Below, in pieces: positions 1-20,560 of a stretch of 64,000 nt of DNA (position 1 is the first letter of the stretch; every line of letters begins with the position of its first letter). Both the position numbers and the translations under genes were made by a program. The notes beneath the pieces were generated by a model. It did no database searches and was not told the origin of the DNA. It saw only the letters and a program-made list of their open reading frames with translations. The DNA is from Styela clava (taxonomy: Eukaryota), in NCBI RefSeq assembly GCF_964204865.1, contig NC_135252.1, positions 19,902,001-19,966,000 of the forward strand. Reading direction: 5' to 3'.

Positions 1-7338
<7,338 letters not shown>

Positions 7339-9074
7339 TGAATAACTTTGATAAGTTATAAAATCAGAAGAATATTATTTAATCAACTATTGAAGTTAGT
7401 AAGATTTTTTAAATTAATTGCGGCTGATAAATTATCTACAAAATATAAGTAAGTTAGATAAATATTGTTATCAAAAGCTTTATCCAAAATAAATGACAAT
7501 GTATATAAATAAATTAAAAATTAGCTTCTGTTTTTGGATTTTTACCACTCCAATATTTAGTTTTTAATTCAGACAATTCATGCTATATTTGCTTATGAAG
7601 TCCTTTATACGCCACGAAGTTGAGGAAACTTTAGGAAAATTGGGAGAAATACTCACACACTTTGATATTACTGATAAACCTTTAATTTAACTACAAAAGA
7701 CGAATTACTCGAAATATCAGTTAAAAAACAAAATATAGTTTTCACCTTTGTTATATAACACGCAGTATTATAATTATAATTTGATTTTAGAAATAAGCAT
7801 CAACAAATTATCATACAATGACCCCGCAAAAGTTTTGGTTATTGATCTTATGACATTCGTTATTCGCTTCGCACAAGCTAGATATTAGGGCAGTGTTTCT
7901 TTGCCTTTGTGAACCTGCCGAACCCCTACGTTATTCTGTAAGCTTCCACCGAACCCCAACAATACGGCCGCTAGTCAAAATTTATTCGGCCTAATACGTA
8001 TCAGTTAGCTTTTACAAAAATACGGCCAGCTTTAAATGAATGCAACGTTTCAGCCGTTTTGTATCTTGAAACCACCACGATCATTGTTGCGTATACCTTA
8101 GATACCATTACACTGTGTCAAAAAAACATCGTTACGCCACAATGGCGTTGACGAAAAGATGTTTTAGTTGTAGAAGTTGTACGGGAAAACCTTCGAAAAA
8201 TTGCAATTAACGAAGCTAAAAGATTTTTGATGGATTGAAAATGTTGATGGCTCAGTCCATTTGTCTATCAGCCTTCAAACTTCAAGATGTGGACAAAAGT
8301 ATTTGCTCCTTCTTTTATAGAAATAAACGAACGATAAAACCCATCAAATTAGGATTGTCCAGAACGTGGGATGATAATTTTAAGCAACGCACTCTCATGT
8401 TGTATTCGTTGTTGAGAATAACACGTATTAGACTATGACGGTCAATGGCAGGTTCACTATCACAAGAAATATAGAAAAACCTAAATGCAAAAGCGTTTTA
8501 TTATCTTCAAATCTATATCCAACAAATGAACTATGAATGAACTTTAAAATAAGATAATAAAATTTATAATCTACTGAAAAAATTGAACTAATCCAAACAA
8601 AAACAGTCCTCGGCCAACTTGACACTGCATTGGTTAATTGAAACACTTTTCTAAAACTCATTACAGATATGCTCTACTCGCGGAGAAATATCACCGATTG
8701 AGCTTTTGTCAAAACACAATTCACTTTTTAGTGGATATGCTTAATAATAATATTCAACATCCCGGATGCAAAACCGATAAATTTTGAAGGGACTTCACCG
8801 GGTAAGTTATTACAGGGGCGCATATTTTTCGTCGCTTAACAGAAATTTTTGTTTGTAACTTATAACCTACTGATACGTACATTTTTGTGGCCTAAAGACG
8901 CCATCGTGCCACGTTGGATACAATGGGCTGGGTATCTACTTCAATTACGACAAAATGCACGTAACTTTAACGCGTCGTTTAACGTTTATTCGTCGTTGTC
9001 TTGCCTTCGATATTCATCAAGCGATTTATTGTTTCATACCCGACTTGCAAACACTTATTGATGTTACAAAAATA

Positions 9075-9522
9075 CCGTATTTCCCGACGAATAAGTCTAC
9101 CCGGTCAATAAGACGAGGCCCGTTTTTAAGCCTGAAAAAATGGGTTTTTGCATATATCCTTCCAATAAGTTGGGGTAGTAAAATCGCATCAAAATCGTTA
9201 TCTAAAATTTCCATGCAATGCCTTTTAGGCGGTCGCCGCGTTTGCGCATTGGTTAAAATAGCCCATAATGACGTTTTCTTGTAGCGTAATATTCAATTCA
9301 TAATAACTAAGGAAATTCAAACTGTCTTTAAATTTTAATACAATTGTGTTCAACTCGCATTTGCGTCCACCATAAAAGAACATTACCTAATACATAGTAA
9401 GGCGACACAAAAAATCATATATCATATACTCGCCTAATAAGACGAACCCCTCCCCCCCCCCAAAAAAAAATCGTGCCAAAAATTTGGGTATAGAAAAGCG
9501 ACTTATTCGCCGGGGAATACGG
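9075..9522. mobile_element. pogo/Tigger-like MITE with TA TSD
   Basis: TA|CCGTATTTCCCGACGAATAAGTC ... GACTTATTCGCCGGGGAATACGG|TA. The paralogous empty site at ~22389-22407 (gttacaaataTAtgttgcc) has a single TA. Confidence 0.85.
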
Positions 9523-11068
9523 TATGTTGCCTTGACAGGGTACAAGAAACCCAAATGTTATATTTTATTTGTACGACAGGCGACGGGTTTCCGTGTCAGC
9601 ATAAATGAATATTATACAACGGAAACAATATTCCTATAATAAATGGGCGACTAGAGAAGTTCAGTATTCTTTAATAATTTCTCATCTTTCTCAATGGTTT
9701 AGCAAACCAATTTTATAACCAATATGCGAGGCCTTGTTTTACTAGATCATAAAAAGATTTCTAAATTTGTACACTTTCAACTGGACATCGTAACAATCCA
9801 GCGTATTAGGGCCTTGTAACGTCATAGGCATAAAACATGAATTGGACTCAGATATAGACTTTCCAAAGTGAGGAGTAATGGAATTACCCTTGCGTATACC
9901 AGATTGTGAACTAGATAAAAAACTCGTTTAGCGAGCCGCACACCATTCAAAATTGGCACTTCTTCGCTGGTCGTACAAGATTTCCTTGTGTACCGAATTT
10001 GGCCCGCGGGCCGCAGGTTGCACACCGATAACACTGATACTATACTTTCTAAAAACCTCTGCTACACTTCGCCTGGAGATTAATAATACCTTTTTCTCAA
10101 GCTTCTCGCCCAACTTATTTGTCTGTAAAAATCACCATTATGTTATAAAAACCTTTGTCATAATCAAAACGTGGATTCAGCAAACCTGCCTTGAGACTTT
10201 TAAATTGATCTGTTTGTTCTATTTCATTTTACCGGAACTTTCAGGATATATTTTTCGCATTGAATTGAGCACACTATTCTAATACACTTTCGTTTAATCG
10301 TGACTTGGACTAAAGTACTTTAGCATTATATTTAATGGTTTTTAAATTTTACAGCAAACAAACGATGGCAAGCAGTTCTGCAAACAAGTCAGAGATAATA
10401 ATTAAGTATCTTAGTGACTGTACCCTCATATTGATTCTATAAATGCATCTACAAAACAAACAGTACTTTCCCGGTTCATCTGTAGTGTCTGGTTGTTGAT
10501 TTGGTCATTTTTAGTTCATTTTTCTTATTGATGTACCTAAATATTTTATCACATATGTTCCAACTCAAACTAATTGCCTTTCTTCATTAAGACGAATTAT
10601 TCATTTTGCTTCTGACTCTACTCGAATTCAAATTGTAAGCAAGTTGGTTTTCTTAATATGTGTTCGTGCTCTGAATGAGTTAAGCATGACTTTGAGTTGT
10701 ATAATGGAAATGGAATTAGACCTTCAATAGTAGTGGATCCTTCATAAAGTTCTGCAGCAGATTGCATAATATAAAACTTCCTACTGTTTAAAGACTTCTG
10801 GGTATTTGATATCGCTTAGGACAAAGCCATGAAATTCTTCGACCAAGAAGATGCAGATTACAAAGTCAATACAATTGTGAAAAATTTTATTTGCACAACG
10901 ATAAATTTGTCCCATGTCAGCGGGATCGTTTACTTCTTATCGACCAATCTAGGTATAAATCTGACACTATAAACAAAGAGATACTCCCTTATTTACTCAG
11001 CCCTCTTGGTCCAATCGCTTTTTCATCGTTACATTGTTTGATGGGTTATGTAGGCTAGGTTAGAACAG

Positions 11069-11104
11069 TTAAGATGTACCGAGGTCGATTCCTATGGCTT
11101 GCAT
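11069..11104 (-). pseudogene. HSP70 exon-1 stub (MQAIGIDLGTS*), a third, truncated copy
   Basis: Minus strand ATG CAA GCC ATA GGA ATC GAC CTC GGT ACA TCT TAA. Upstream sequence matches that of copy A; downstream sequence is unrelated to the HSP70 intron. Confidence 0.85.
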
Positions 11105-11266
11105 TGGATAACTACGATAATTTATTAAAGTAAAAAAATCAGGTGAAAAACATTCAATCAACTATTAAAGTTGGTAAGATTTTTTAAATTAATGGCGACT
11201 GATACATTATCTACAAAATATGAGTAAGTTAAATAAATATTGTTTGTCAAAAGCTTTGTCCAAAAT

Positions 11267-11362
11267 AAATGAAAATGTGAATAAATTAAAAATTAGCTTT
11301 TGTTTTTGGATTTGAAAATGAAAATGTGAATAAATTAAAATTAGCTTTTGTTTTTGGATTTT
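11267..11362. repeat. 49-bp tandem duplication
   Basis: aaatgaaaatgtgaataaattaaaaattagcttttgtttttggattt occurs twice; the paralog at ~7490-7545 has one copy. Confidence 0.8.
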
Positions 11363-12937
11363 TACCACTCCAATATTTAATTTTTAATTCAGACAGTTTA
11401 AACTTCTAGTTCAAAATAAATATTGTTATATTTCATACACTTCAGCACGTTCTGATAGTGTTTCTCTTGAACAAAACTTAATTTTTTTTTCTCATGCTAT
11501 ATTTGCTTATGGAGTTTTTTTATACGCTACGGAGTTGAGGAAACTTTAAGAAAATCGGGAGAAATACTCACACACTTTGATATACCTGATAACATTTAAT
11601 TTAACTACAAAAGACGAATTACTCGAAATATCAGTTAAAAAACAAAATATAGTTTTCACCTTTGTTATATAACACGCAGTATTATATTTATGATTTGATT
11701 TTAGAAATGAGCATCAACAAATTATCATACAATGACTCCATGGTTATTTTGGTTATTGATCTTATGACATTCGTTATTCGCTTCGCACAAGCTAGATATT
11801 AGGGCAGTGGTGTTTAACCTTTGTGAACCTGCCGAACCCCTACGTTATTCTGCAAGCTTCCACCGAACCCCAACAATACGTCCGCTAGTTAAAATTATTC
11901 GGCCTAATACGTATCAATTAGCTTTCACAAGAATACGGTCAGCTTTAAATGGATGCAACGTTTCAGCCGTTTTGTATCTTGAAACGACCACGATCATTGT
12001 TGCGTGAACCCTAGATACCATTACACTGTGTCAAAAAAAACATCGTTACGCCACAATGGCGTTGACGAAAAGATGTTTTAGTTGTAGAAGTTGTACACTG
12101 TTAAAAAAATTTTCCCAAATTTACTAAAAAAAAATGGCAGCAAAAGTACGGGCCCCATGTAAAAAAAATTACGAGCCCTATCAGTAGTATTATGAACAGT
12201 ATTTTCAGTAAATTTACAGAGATTGATGGTAGCAAAAATTACTATAAAACTGTAAAAAATACTACTTTTTTGACGGCAGTAAACCTACCCACCAGTAGTA
12301 ATATTTTTTACCTTAAAATAGTAAATAAAATTACTATCTCGATGGCAGCTACCTTACCCGACAGTAGTACCATACAATACTAGCATGATGGTAATTTCTC
12401 ACTCGCGATGACCGAACCACTACGAGAGTAGCAAAGATCTACTGGCACGACACAACAGTAAACACACAGAATATTACAGTTAAAATAAAAAAAACGAGAT
12501 TCTGGAAACGAAAATCATTTTATTACAATTAATATTTTTAGCATAAATACACACTGAATGCCTTTAAGGCTTGTAAAAAACAGTTTCGAAAGAAATTTCA
12601 TCAAATTGCCTCAGTACTGATACAAGTACATTGTATGTGTAAAGCTACACACAATAATAACCCAGTATTGTAAGACTCACAGATAACTCACATATTTTTT
12701 AACCTGGTGGAAATAAGTGTGGCTTATTCACTGAAAAAACTTTGTCATCCCTGCTATCTGGCATATTCCATTTTCAAGTTTTCTCTTCTAGATTTGAGCT
12801 TTTTTGTGACTTTGAGCAAAAATAGGCATGCAATGAAAAAAAATAAAAAAAAGCTTAATGGAATCAGATTCGGAAAAATTCGATTCGAAAAAAAATGTAT
12901 CCGGAAGTGGCAACCCTAGCAGTAACACCACCAAAGT

Positions 12938-15900
12938 TTACTTAATTTCTAACAACGGCACATATAACGCCTGTGATAGATTCACTCTTCTTGCAAGGCC
13001 GATTACTTTTGCATTAACGTCTTTGCCTTTACTTTTTTTCGACTTAGTGCCGCTGGGGTTTATGTCACCGAAGAACCTGAAAAAAGGCAGAACTTAAATG
13101 GCGAATAGGTTTCACATATGAAATTTGGAAAACGTCCTGTTATCTCACCACCAAAATAGTAAAAACACAAACACTGGACAAAAATAGTAAAAATGTCAGG
13201 TATTTATAATGTATCGTGCCTTGCCAAGGGATAAACAAAAAACTGTCAGTGGGCCAGGAATGCAATTGCCAAACCAGAAAGCTACAGATCCTCCTAGCCC
13301 CCAGTTGTCGCAAATCGCAATAGGCTCATCCGCTCGTTGACATTCGATTGCAAATGCAGCAATTGAAAAATATTGTATTAATTTCTGTCATTAGTAATGA
13401 TTTTTTGCAAATATATCAAAAATTTCCTGCTACAAAATGGAGAGCACAGTGACATCGTTTTAAATTGAAGTTCACTAAAATAGGATTGTTGTGAGTTCAT
13501 TTTTCACATATGAATGTAAAACATATTAGATTAGGAGGAAACATGTAAACATGTGTGGTACCGCCAGTCAGTCATGATTTATTTTAACCATTAATCGGTA
13601 CCGTACCGATGAATGGTTAAAATAAATCATGACTATTATTAAACACCCAAAAACTGTTTAACTAATTAAATTATTCTCAGCCCTACTCGTGGCCCAGTCC
13701 CCAGGGTATGGACACCACGAGTTTGTGCAAGTCCAGTCACATATTTCATTTTCACAACCCATTTTTTGTATTGTATGTCATCAAATAACACTACATGACA
13801 GAAGTAACAGGTAATTCATCAACAACGTGTACATTGTGCCAACAGCAAGAATTATATCAGCACTGTAGACTAGCACATTTTTTCTTACCTCTGAATAAAA
13901 TCAAACGTCAGCAAGGCCTTATTTGGATATTCTATGTTGAAAACATAGAACGAAGCAAACTGAAAAGCCACCGCTTCAAAAAACGATCTACAGGAACACA
14001 CCACTTCTCGTTCAGCGATGACGTAAAAAGTCTCAGCAGTCGCTACCGTGTTACCTGAAACACAAGATTGTAAACTTTAGCTTCGAATCTATAGGCTTAT
14101 GAATAAAGTGAAAGTCACTTGACAGGTTGATTAATCTTATTATCTCAACTTCTAAAGCCAACTAATAACAAATACACTTACTAGAGGTGGACGATTAGTG
14201 ATTTTTTGATAATATGCAATTACACAATTATTAATTGTATAATAGTACGATCATCTCAAAATTGGCTTTGGCTATATATTTAATATAGCAGACATGGATT
14301 TGTACTTATTTTCACTCACCGTTGATAGCGAGCGTAACACTGATAGAACGAAGGGAGAACTTATTATATTGATGAGGCTTATGATAAGCATTACGTTCTT
14401 TCAGAAATATTATATTTCATATTTCAAGCAATGCATACTGTGACGCAACAGTTAAAGCAGGTAGCATGACAGAAGCTGGTGATATCATTTTATAATAATC
14501 ACAACTGAGAAGTATATGGCGACACAAAATGGCCTTTGAAAAAGTTGCAGAATTAATCACAGGAAAACAGCTATCATATCATATTTCGAAATTGTTCCTG
14601 ATATTCACAATTACATCGCTCACCTCTTAACACTTACCTATGCAAGCAATAAATGGAGATTTTGGAATATCTTCTAATATCTGGGGAAAAGTGGTTTTTT
14701 TCTGAAAATAGGCAAAGTAGTGAATAAATATGCAAAAAAATTCCGTTAACCACTATCATGCAGTTAGTTTCCAATTAATTTGCAGTCGGCTCACAAAACT
14801 TTATACGAACAGTGTTGTGCACAAGTTACATTACTCTTGATGCGAAAACTTTCAAAAAAAGCATAGAACATACCTGGAAACACTTAAATATTTGGTTTAG
14901 GTCCTCTCCGAAATAATAGGCGATCAACAGGACCACCCCAGTCGATTTTGGTAATTCAGTTTTCAGATTCTTTGATTCCGATTTTGAAGAACTTATAAAT
15001 TCAGAAATTTTCTTATTGGTTGAACATTTCAATGTCCTAAATAATAATGCCTGAGTAAGTGATCCACTTTCTGATTGAATGACACTAAGTACTGGTAATT
15101 TCATAGAGGTTGGCTCATCGACCTTGCGATTAGTTACATAATTTGTTCCTATTGCAAGACTGAAGAGAGATGAAAGTAACATTAAATTACAGCCTGCTTG
15201 GAAAAGAAAGGGCAATTATTGTCAAGCAATTATTACACAGACATGGAAACAGACAACCTCTAGAGCACACTATGTCGCATGTGGTACCAGCCTGCAAGAA
15301 CAGGTGCACAATAACTAGGGTACTTGATTATGAAGTAAAATAAAGAATAGAAGAACTTCAGAATATTTAAGTATAGCCTAACCTCAGATAAGTTATAACC
15401 TCTTATAGGAAGCAATAAATAATGGGCACAAGAAGGCTTTCAACAAAAACTCTGCAAGGCATAGCATTCGAATGAAAATTATCTTGCAAAGTATCAGATA
15501 TTTGTGCAACTTACTTGTAAATGCATATGGAATTGTCTTCAAGTTTTTTTAAAATATTCTTTTTAGCTTCTGTTTTACCAACCAATGTTTCATAATGGCG
15601 CATTAAACAGATTCCATCGAACAAGTGTGGCCATAACTCCTTGATCCCACTGATGCTTTGATTTTGATTTATATGCTTTCGTTGAAGAGGGAAGGTCTGT
15701 TTCATATATTCTTCCACTTTTCCCAAATCCTGATCAGACTTTGATAATGTGTACTCATGCTTGAGCCACATTCTAAGTTGTTCAAGTTCCCCTTCATTAT
15801 CTGTTTCAGGACCCCAAAGCACACAGCCATATCTGTCAACATCTACTTGTTCTTCCACCTTAGGCTGTTGGCTTCTCTTCTTTGATGTGGACTTCCGCAA

Positions 15901-16449
15901 GTTGTCAATACGCCAAACCATTTGTTGGGTCAGGTAGGAATAGCCAGACCCAATGACTTCACCTTCAGGTCCACTTGTATCTTGGAAAGACTTTGGATAT
16001 CTACGTATGACCCTTTTAGCAATAGTCGACAATTCTGCCCTTGACGGCTTGGAACTGCCCGACCACTTCAGGACAGAGTCCACAAGAATGCGAACAAACT
16101 CACTTCTTCTGGCTGATGGAACAACTGTGCCATTTTTGCACATTTCAATTATGTCAGTGGGAAAGTCTTTCCAAGATATCACAAAGTTTTCTGCATTGCA
16201 AGATGAAGAGGAATCGCTGAATAGTTCAGTTGCATCGGATGAAATATCCAGACATAGACTATCTTTCCAGTATGCAACAATTTTCCGGGCCAATATGACA
16301 GACACCACACCATAGAGGTCTTCCTCTTTAATAAGCAAGAGATCAGAAGAATCTTCGACGCCAAGGTCTCTTAATCTCACATCCAGGTCTTGTATTGCTT
16401 GGTTATTCAAACCAATTTTAGACAGTTCATTCAAATTTATATTAGCCAT
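12938..16449 (-). CDS. Transposon accessory protein, 488 aa, with N-terminal SAM-like fold and SAMD3-like C-terminal domain (5 exons)
   Basis: Exons 16449-15515, 15036-14874, 14701-14638, 14054-13889, 13076-12938; all GT-AG, total 1467 nt, no stops. N-terminus LRDLGVEDSSDLLLIKEEDL..VILARKI is SAM-like; IKELWPHLF and FASFYVFNIEYPNKALLTFDFIQR..INP resemble SAMD3-like proteins from memory. Confidence 0.85.
13570..13634. repeat. 65-bp near-perfect palindrome in intron 4 of the accessory gene
   Basis: agtcatgatttattttaaccatt-a-atcggtac-c-gtaccgat-g-aatggttaaaataaatcatgact: 23-bp plus 8-bp arms, one mismatch, 1-nt loop. Confidence 0.9.
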
Positions 16450-17171
16450 TACTAAAATCTTCAGCAGTGCCAGCGAGAACTAAAACATTTATTGAAATCA
16501 CAGCCAAAAATAAAAAATAAATTTTCAAAAAATAAACCTGTCAATGTAATCACTACTTTCCTATATTTATTTACTTTCCTATATAAACCTAGGCAATGGG
16601 AAGGGCCAAAAATGTTGAACAGGTTAACGGTACAATTAACCAATTTTATGTACTCAAGGGTTACAATTCTTCCGAGCATAAGTCACTGAAAACAAATTTA
16701 GCAATAGAACTAACAGACGCAAAAAAACGCAATACTTCATATTTTCATCCATGTTATTATGTCCAACTAAACCATGCTTTATTTTATTTTTTCAGTATAA
16801 CAAAACCTGTTAGAGGATCTAGTACTGTCAAAAAGACTCGAAAAGATCTCTAATAACTATTACGTAAAATTGGAACCAAATCGAGGTAACAGTGGTGTTT
16901 GACTACGTTAGGGGTGGGCAATTGTTAGGGCTTGCCAGTCACATAGTTAATTTGAATTTGGTACCGGTATAAAATTAAAAACCAACAATTATCAGACAAA
17001 TAAATCAAAAACAGTATCCAAACATATCAATCAGCAAGTGAATTATGTTCGGCTAAAATATCAATGTTCAACTCATATTACTTTCTACTTGTAAACCAAA
17101 TCCAGTCAGATGTGACATAATGACATCAAAGTGATAATCAAATTTTTTAGTTTTAAGACCTTTCCAATGAT

Positions 17172-19628
17172 TCAATACAATGAAATAGAATGCTTCAAAA
17201 CAATGAAACTCCTGTCTGATACATTATAAGAATAAAGTGGGTAATATGAAAGTAGATTTTCAAAACTCAGGACAGCGAGCACTGAAGATTCAGGTTGCAC
17301 AACATGATAAACTCCAAGCCATGGAAAATGAACAGCAACATGCATTTCAACCAGAACAAACTGACTGCTCTCATACTCAAACAACAAGACAACTTTGCCG
17401 ACACTTAGGTCAGATTCCATTCTCTTTATGACTAAAAATTGGCCAAGTTCATATGTTGTCCCTTTAATAACAATTTCCCTCCAGACTCTTACTTTGTTTA
17501 TAGTTATATCAGCTAACGAAAGTGCATCGAGTATTTCATTAGAAAAAACACATGGAGAATTTGACTCAATCTTGTTACAAACATCTGGTTGAACTGTGGA
17601 GGTTTCATACAAATAGGCTTGAAACATTTGGTGACTATTAGCGAGAGTCAAACTAACATTAATAAAATTTCCAGTATATCTAATTACTTGTTTGAAATAA
17701 GAGTGTTTGCTTTCAAAACGAAGCGTCCACAGATGAATAAGTGGGCCAAACTTCAATGTCAGCCAGGGATAGTGAGTCATATAATGGTGCTTGGGCCTCA
17801 AAGGCACATCGAAACAACTTGATCTCAAATTAATATAATCTTTAATAGCCCCAGAAAGAAGACTCACTTCATATTTTGAAATACATGGCGAACAAAGCAA
17901 TTCGGTAACAAAACGCAAAAGCAAAAGGGCGCGCCAGACCTCATCATCAAAGTTTTTAACCTTATTCAATACAAAAAGAGGAAACAGTCTGATGAAACTC
18001 CAGTTCTGGCTTGCATTACCTGTCAATTTATCAGACCCCCTTTTCAAAGGTATTGGTTTTGATGCATTAATAACTTTGTCATAAGAAAAGGTCAATATTT
18101 GGTTATTCAAATAATCTAATGTGAACCATGATCTAGCTATGAAATACTTGATGAAAAGTACAACATCATATTGTACCACACCCTCAAAAAGATCGTGTGC
18201 AATGCAAGGGGGTAAACCAGGATTGCACACATGATAGAAATTCAATTCATTGAAGACCGAGTTAAATTTAACACCTTCGGCACTACAGTCACTGTCATTA
18301 CAGGAATCAACAGATAGATCATATAGATGTTTATCTCGTACTGGCATATGATTTTCAGAAAAGAAATCTTTACGAGTGGCCATGCAATATCTACATGGAC
18401 TATGTTTGCCACTAAAATTTGTCATGAAGCCACCTACCCAATGACTTCCCAAATTGTCACCAGTAATAGCAACAACGATTCCGCGAACTTTATATGCCAA
18501 TCCTAACCCCACATCTATGCCGTCTTCCTCTAAAAGTTTCAAATCCTTGATAAGGGGTCCAAATAAGGTTCCCATGTTAGCATCAGTTACAAATGTCTGT
18601 TTACATAATAAAACAAGTTGTATGGGATTAATCTTTGAACGACGATGAGGACGCATATTCGCAAGCGTAAAATACACAGCAAATATTTTGTGCTTGCATC
18701 TTCCTGAACCCAATGGATTTACGACTTCAAATGCATCTTGATAAAGTATCAATTTCAGAATTATATCATTGGACTGACATAAAACATTGTGTCTACATGC
18801 CTCGCCATCAACAACATCTTTAAGTACGTCTGGACAGGTTACAGGAGGGTTGAGAACATCGACCGCAACATCTTCATTACTCAAAAGTGCCTTTATGGAA
18901 CTCAAAACAGGAACATACTGGAAAGACGCAAATTCATTTGGAGAAGTGCTATTCTGGCTAATTACGTAGGAGACAGGTGCAATATACTTCATGTTTTTCT
19001 TGAAGTATATATCACGCATATAAATAGATCGCAAATTCCCATTCTTGAAAATATCAGCTATATTGAAGATAGCATTTTTCCCACAAATCTCAGAGAGTAC
19101 GGTTTCCACAATGTTCCCATCCAAATAATTTTCGAGGGCTGTTCGAATTGAATTCTTTAAAGGACGTTGTAGCACTTCACACAAATCTTTTAGACAAGAG
19201 AATATATTATCCACTGTAGATGCTGGTATTAGATGTTTGTATTGGAGAGATAGACAGATGAGTCCTATAACTTTCTCTACTTCTTCTGTATGAGGGATGC
19301 TTTCGGGAATCTTTGAGCTGGCCAAATCTTTCTCATCTACTTCTATAACATCCATCTGGGTACTGCTATGACCAAAAGAATCGTTTGGAATATTATCGCT
19401 CTCAAGTCCTTGGGAGCTACGATAGTAGCTATGATAACGGGAGATGTGAGACGTGAAGGAGGACAGTATGTGATAGATTCTTCCACATGGAGTGAAAGGG
19501 CACATCACATGGTGGCCACATCTAATGTGGTATTTTAGATGCTTAATTGTATCAACCGAATTATTGAAATGCTTTCCACATGATTGTAGTGGGCACTTCA
19601 AGTCGAACTGAATATCCATGTTTTCCAT
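17172..19628 (-). CDS. EnSpm/CACTA-type DDE transposase with N-terminal C2H2 zinc fingers (~818 aa from first ATG; open frame extends to 19676)
   Basis: Two C2H2 fingers (CPLQSC..HLKYH, CPFTPC..HISRYH). Catalytic-region motifs LILYQDAFEVVNPLG (D), ITGDNLGSH (D), CRYC, CIAHDLFEGV, PKHHYMTHY, LWTLRFESKH (E) match the CMC signature. Intronless and uninterrupted. Confidence 0.92.
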   Translation of the reverse strand: MENMDIQFDLKCPLQSCGKHFNNSVDTIKHLKYHIRCGHHVMCPFTPCGRIYHILSSFTSHISRYHSYYRSSQGLESDNIPNDSFGHSSTQMDVIEVDEKDLASSKIPESIPHTEEVEKVIGLICLSLQYKHLIPASTVDNIFSCLKDLCEVLQRPLKNSIRTALENYLDGNIVETVLSEICGKNAIFNIADIFKNGNLRSIYMRDIYFKKNMKYIAPVSYVISQNSTSPNEFASFQYVPVLSSIKALLSNEDVAVDVLNPPVTCPDVLKDVVDGEACRHNVLCQSNDIILKLILYQDAFEVVNPLGSGRCKHKIFAVYFTLANMRPHRRSKINPIQLVLLCKQTFVTDANMGTLFGPLIKDLKLLEEDGIDVGLGLAYKVRGIVVAITGDNLGSHWVGGFMTNFSGKHSPCRYCMATRKDFFSENHMPVRDKHLYDLSVDSCNDSDCSAEGVKFNSVFNELNFYHVCNPGLPPCIAHDLFEGVVQYDVVLFIKYFIARSWFTLDYLNNQILTFSYDKVINASKPIPLKRGSDKLTGNASQNWSFIRLFPLFVLNKVKNFDDEVWRALLLLRFVTELLCSPCISKYEVSLLSGAIKDYINLRSSCFDVPLRPKHHYMTHYPWLTLKFGPLIHLWTLRFESKHSYFKQVIRYTGNFINVSLTLANSHQMFQAYLYETSTVQPDVCNKIESNSPCVFSNEILDALSLADITINKVRVWREIVIKGTTYELGQFLVIKRMESDLSVGKVVLLFEYESSQFVLVEMHVAVHFPWLGVYHVVQPESSVLAVLSFENLLSYYPLYSYNVSDRSFIVLKHSISLY

Positions 19629-20499
19629 AATACAGTACTGGTAGTACCACTTTAGATAAGAAAATGGAAGAATCACAATGAAGAGCTGCTTTTGTCAGAA
19701 AATATAATATTATAGTACCACGAGCACTTCTGCAACATGTAATCATTTTTGGTATAACATTTATTACATGGTCACCACTTGACTTTTATTGGTTTCGTTT
19801 AAATGAACCAAAATAATCCGCAGTATTTTTTGACAAAATTATATTTTTCCAAAAACAAATAATCCTTTTTTTAAACCATCACCTCAACAATAGCGAATTT
19901 AGTTTCAGTCATTTCAATTTATTATTTTCCGTTGTTACAATTATTCGTACTTTAGGATCGGTCCCCCATATTGTAAGATTTTCATGAATCAAATATGAAA
20001 TGACTAAAATCGATCTGGTTCATTTTGAGCTCTCGAATCGAGATTCGAAATGACGTCATTTTACTGTGAAGAAATAAAATGTCCTAACAGTATTAGGATA
20101 TGTATATAATACAGTGTAAAGCGCCAAATACGTTCCGACCAAGATGGCCGCCTTGTAGACTTTGTAGCTATAATTGAATTCATCTGTCTGTTACCGGTAC
20201 CGTACCTATTGTTGCCACCGACTTGTAACGTTTGAACGTATCACATCACCATAGGCTACCGGTAAGTTACATCTATTCCGAAACAAATACTGAAATAGCC
20301 AATTCAGATTTTTACTCTTGGTCGTCGATAGATACTGGTGCCGGTAACACGGCGAAACTAACGCAGTGTGTAAGCATGTCGCTGTATACAGGTACGGTAC
20401 CATTAGATGCTGATGTACACGGTATTTAAAGAATATTTTGGTCTACCAACTACAAGTCTACTACTGTAACACAAACATGCTCAATTAACGCATGAAAAG

Positions 20500-20560
20500 C
20501 TACAAAAACCAACCGCCTAAAATAAACATCTACAAAAACCAACCGCCTAAAATAAACATC
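20500..20560. repeat. 30-bp tandem duplication
   Basis: ctacaaaaaccaaccgcctaaaataaacat x2. Confidence 0.9.

Noticed and set aside
7560-7700. Heat-shock elements upstream of the HSP70 copies (e.g. GAAacTTTagGAA ~7625)
   Set aside because: Only imperfect nGAAn arrays were seen by eye, as expected by chance in AT-rich DNA; the TSS is unknown.
8235-8438. Near-identical 67-aa ORFs at 8235 and 21618 (partial at 22550)
   Set aside because: Non-ATG starts and no recognisable domain; identity is explained by the segmental duplication.
14826-15215. 129-aa minus ORF as an independent gene
   Set aside because: Only 15036-14874 is coding (exon 2 of the accessory gene); the rest is intron read-through.
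15749-19151. Several plus-strand ORFs inside the transposon
   Set aside because: Antisense shadows of the two minus-strand genes.
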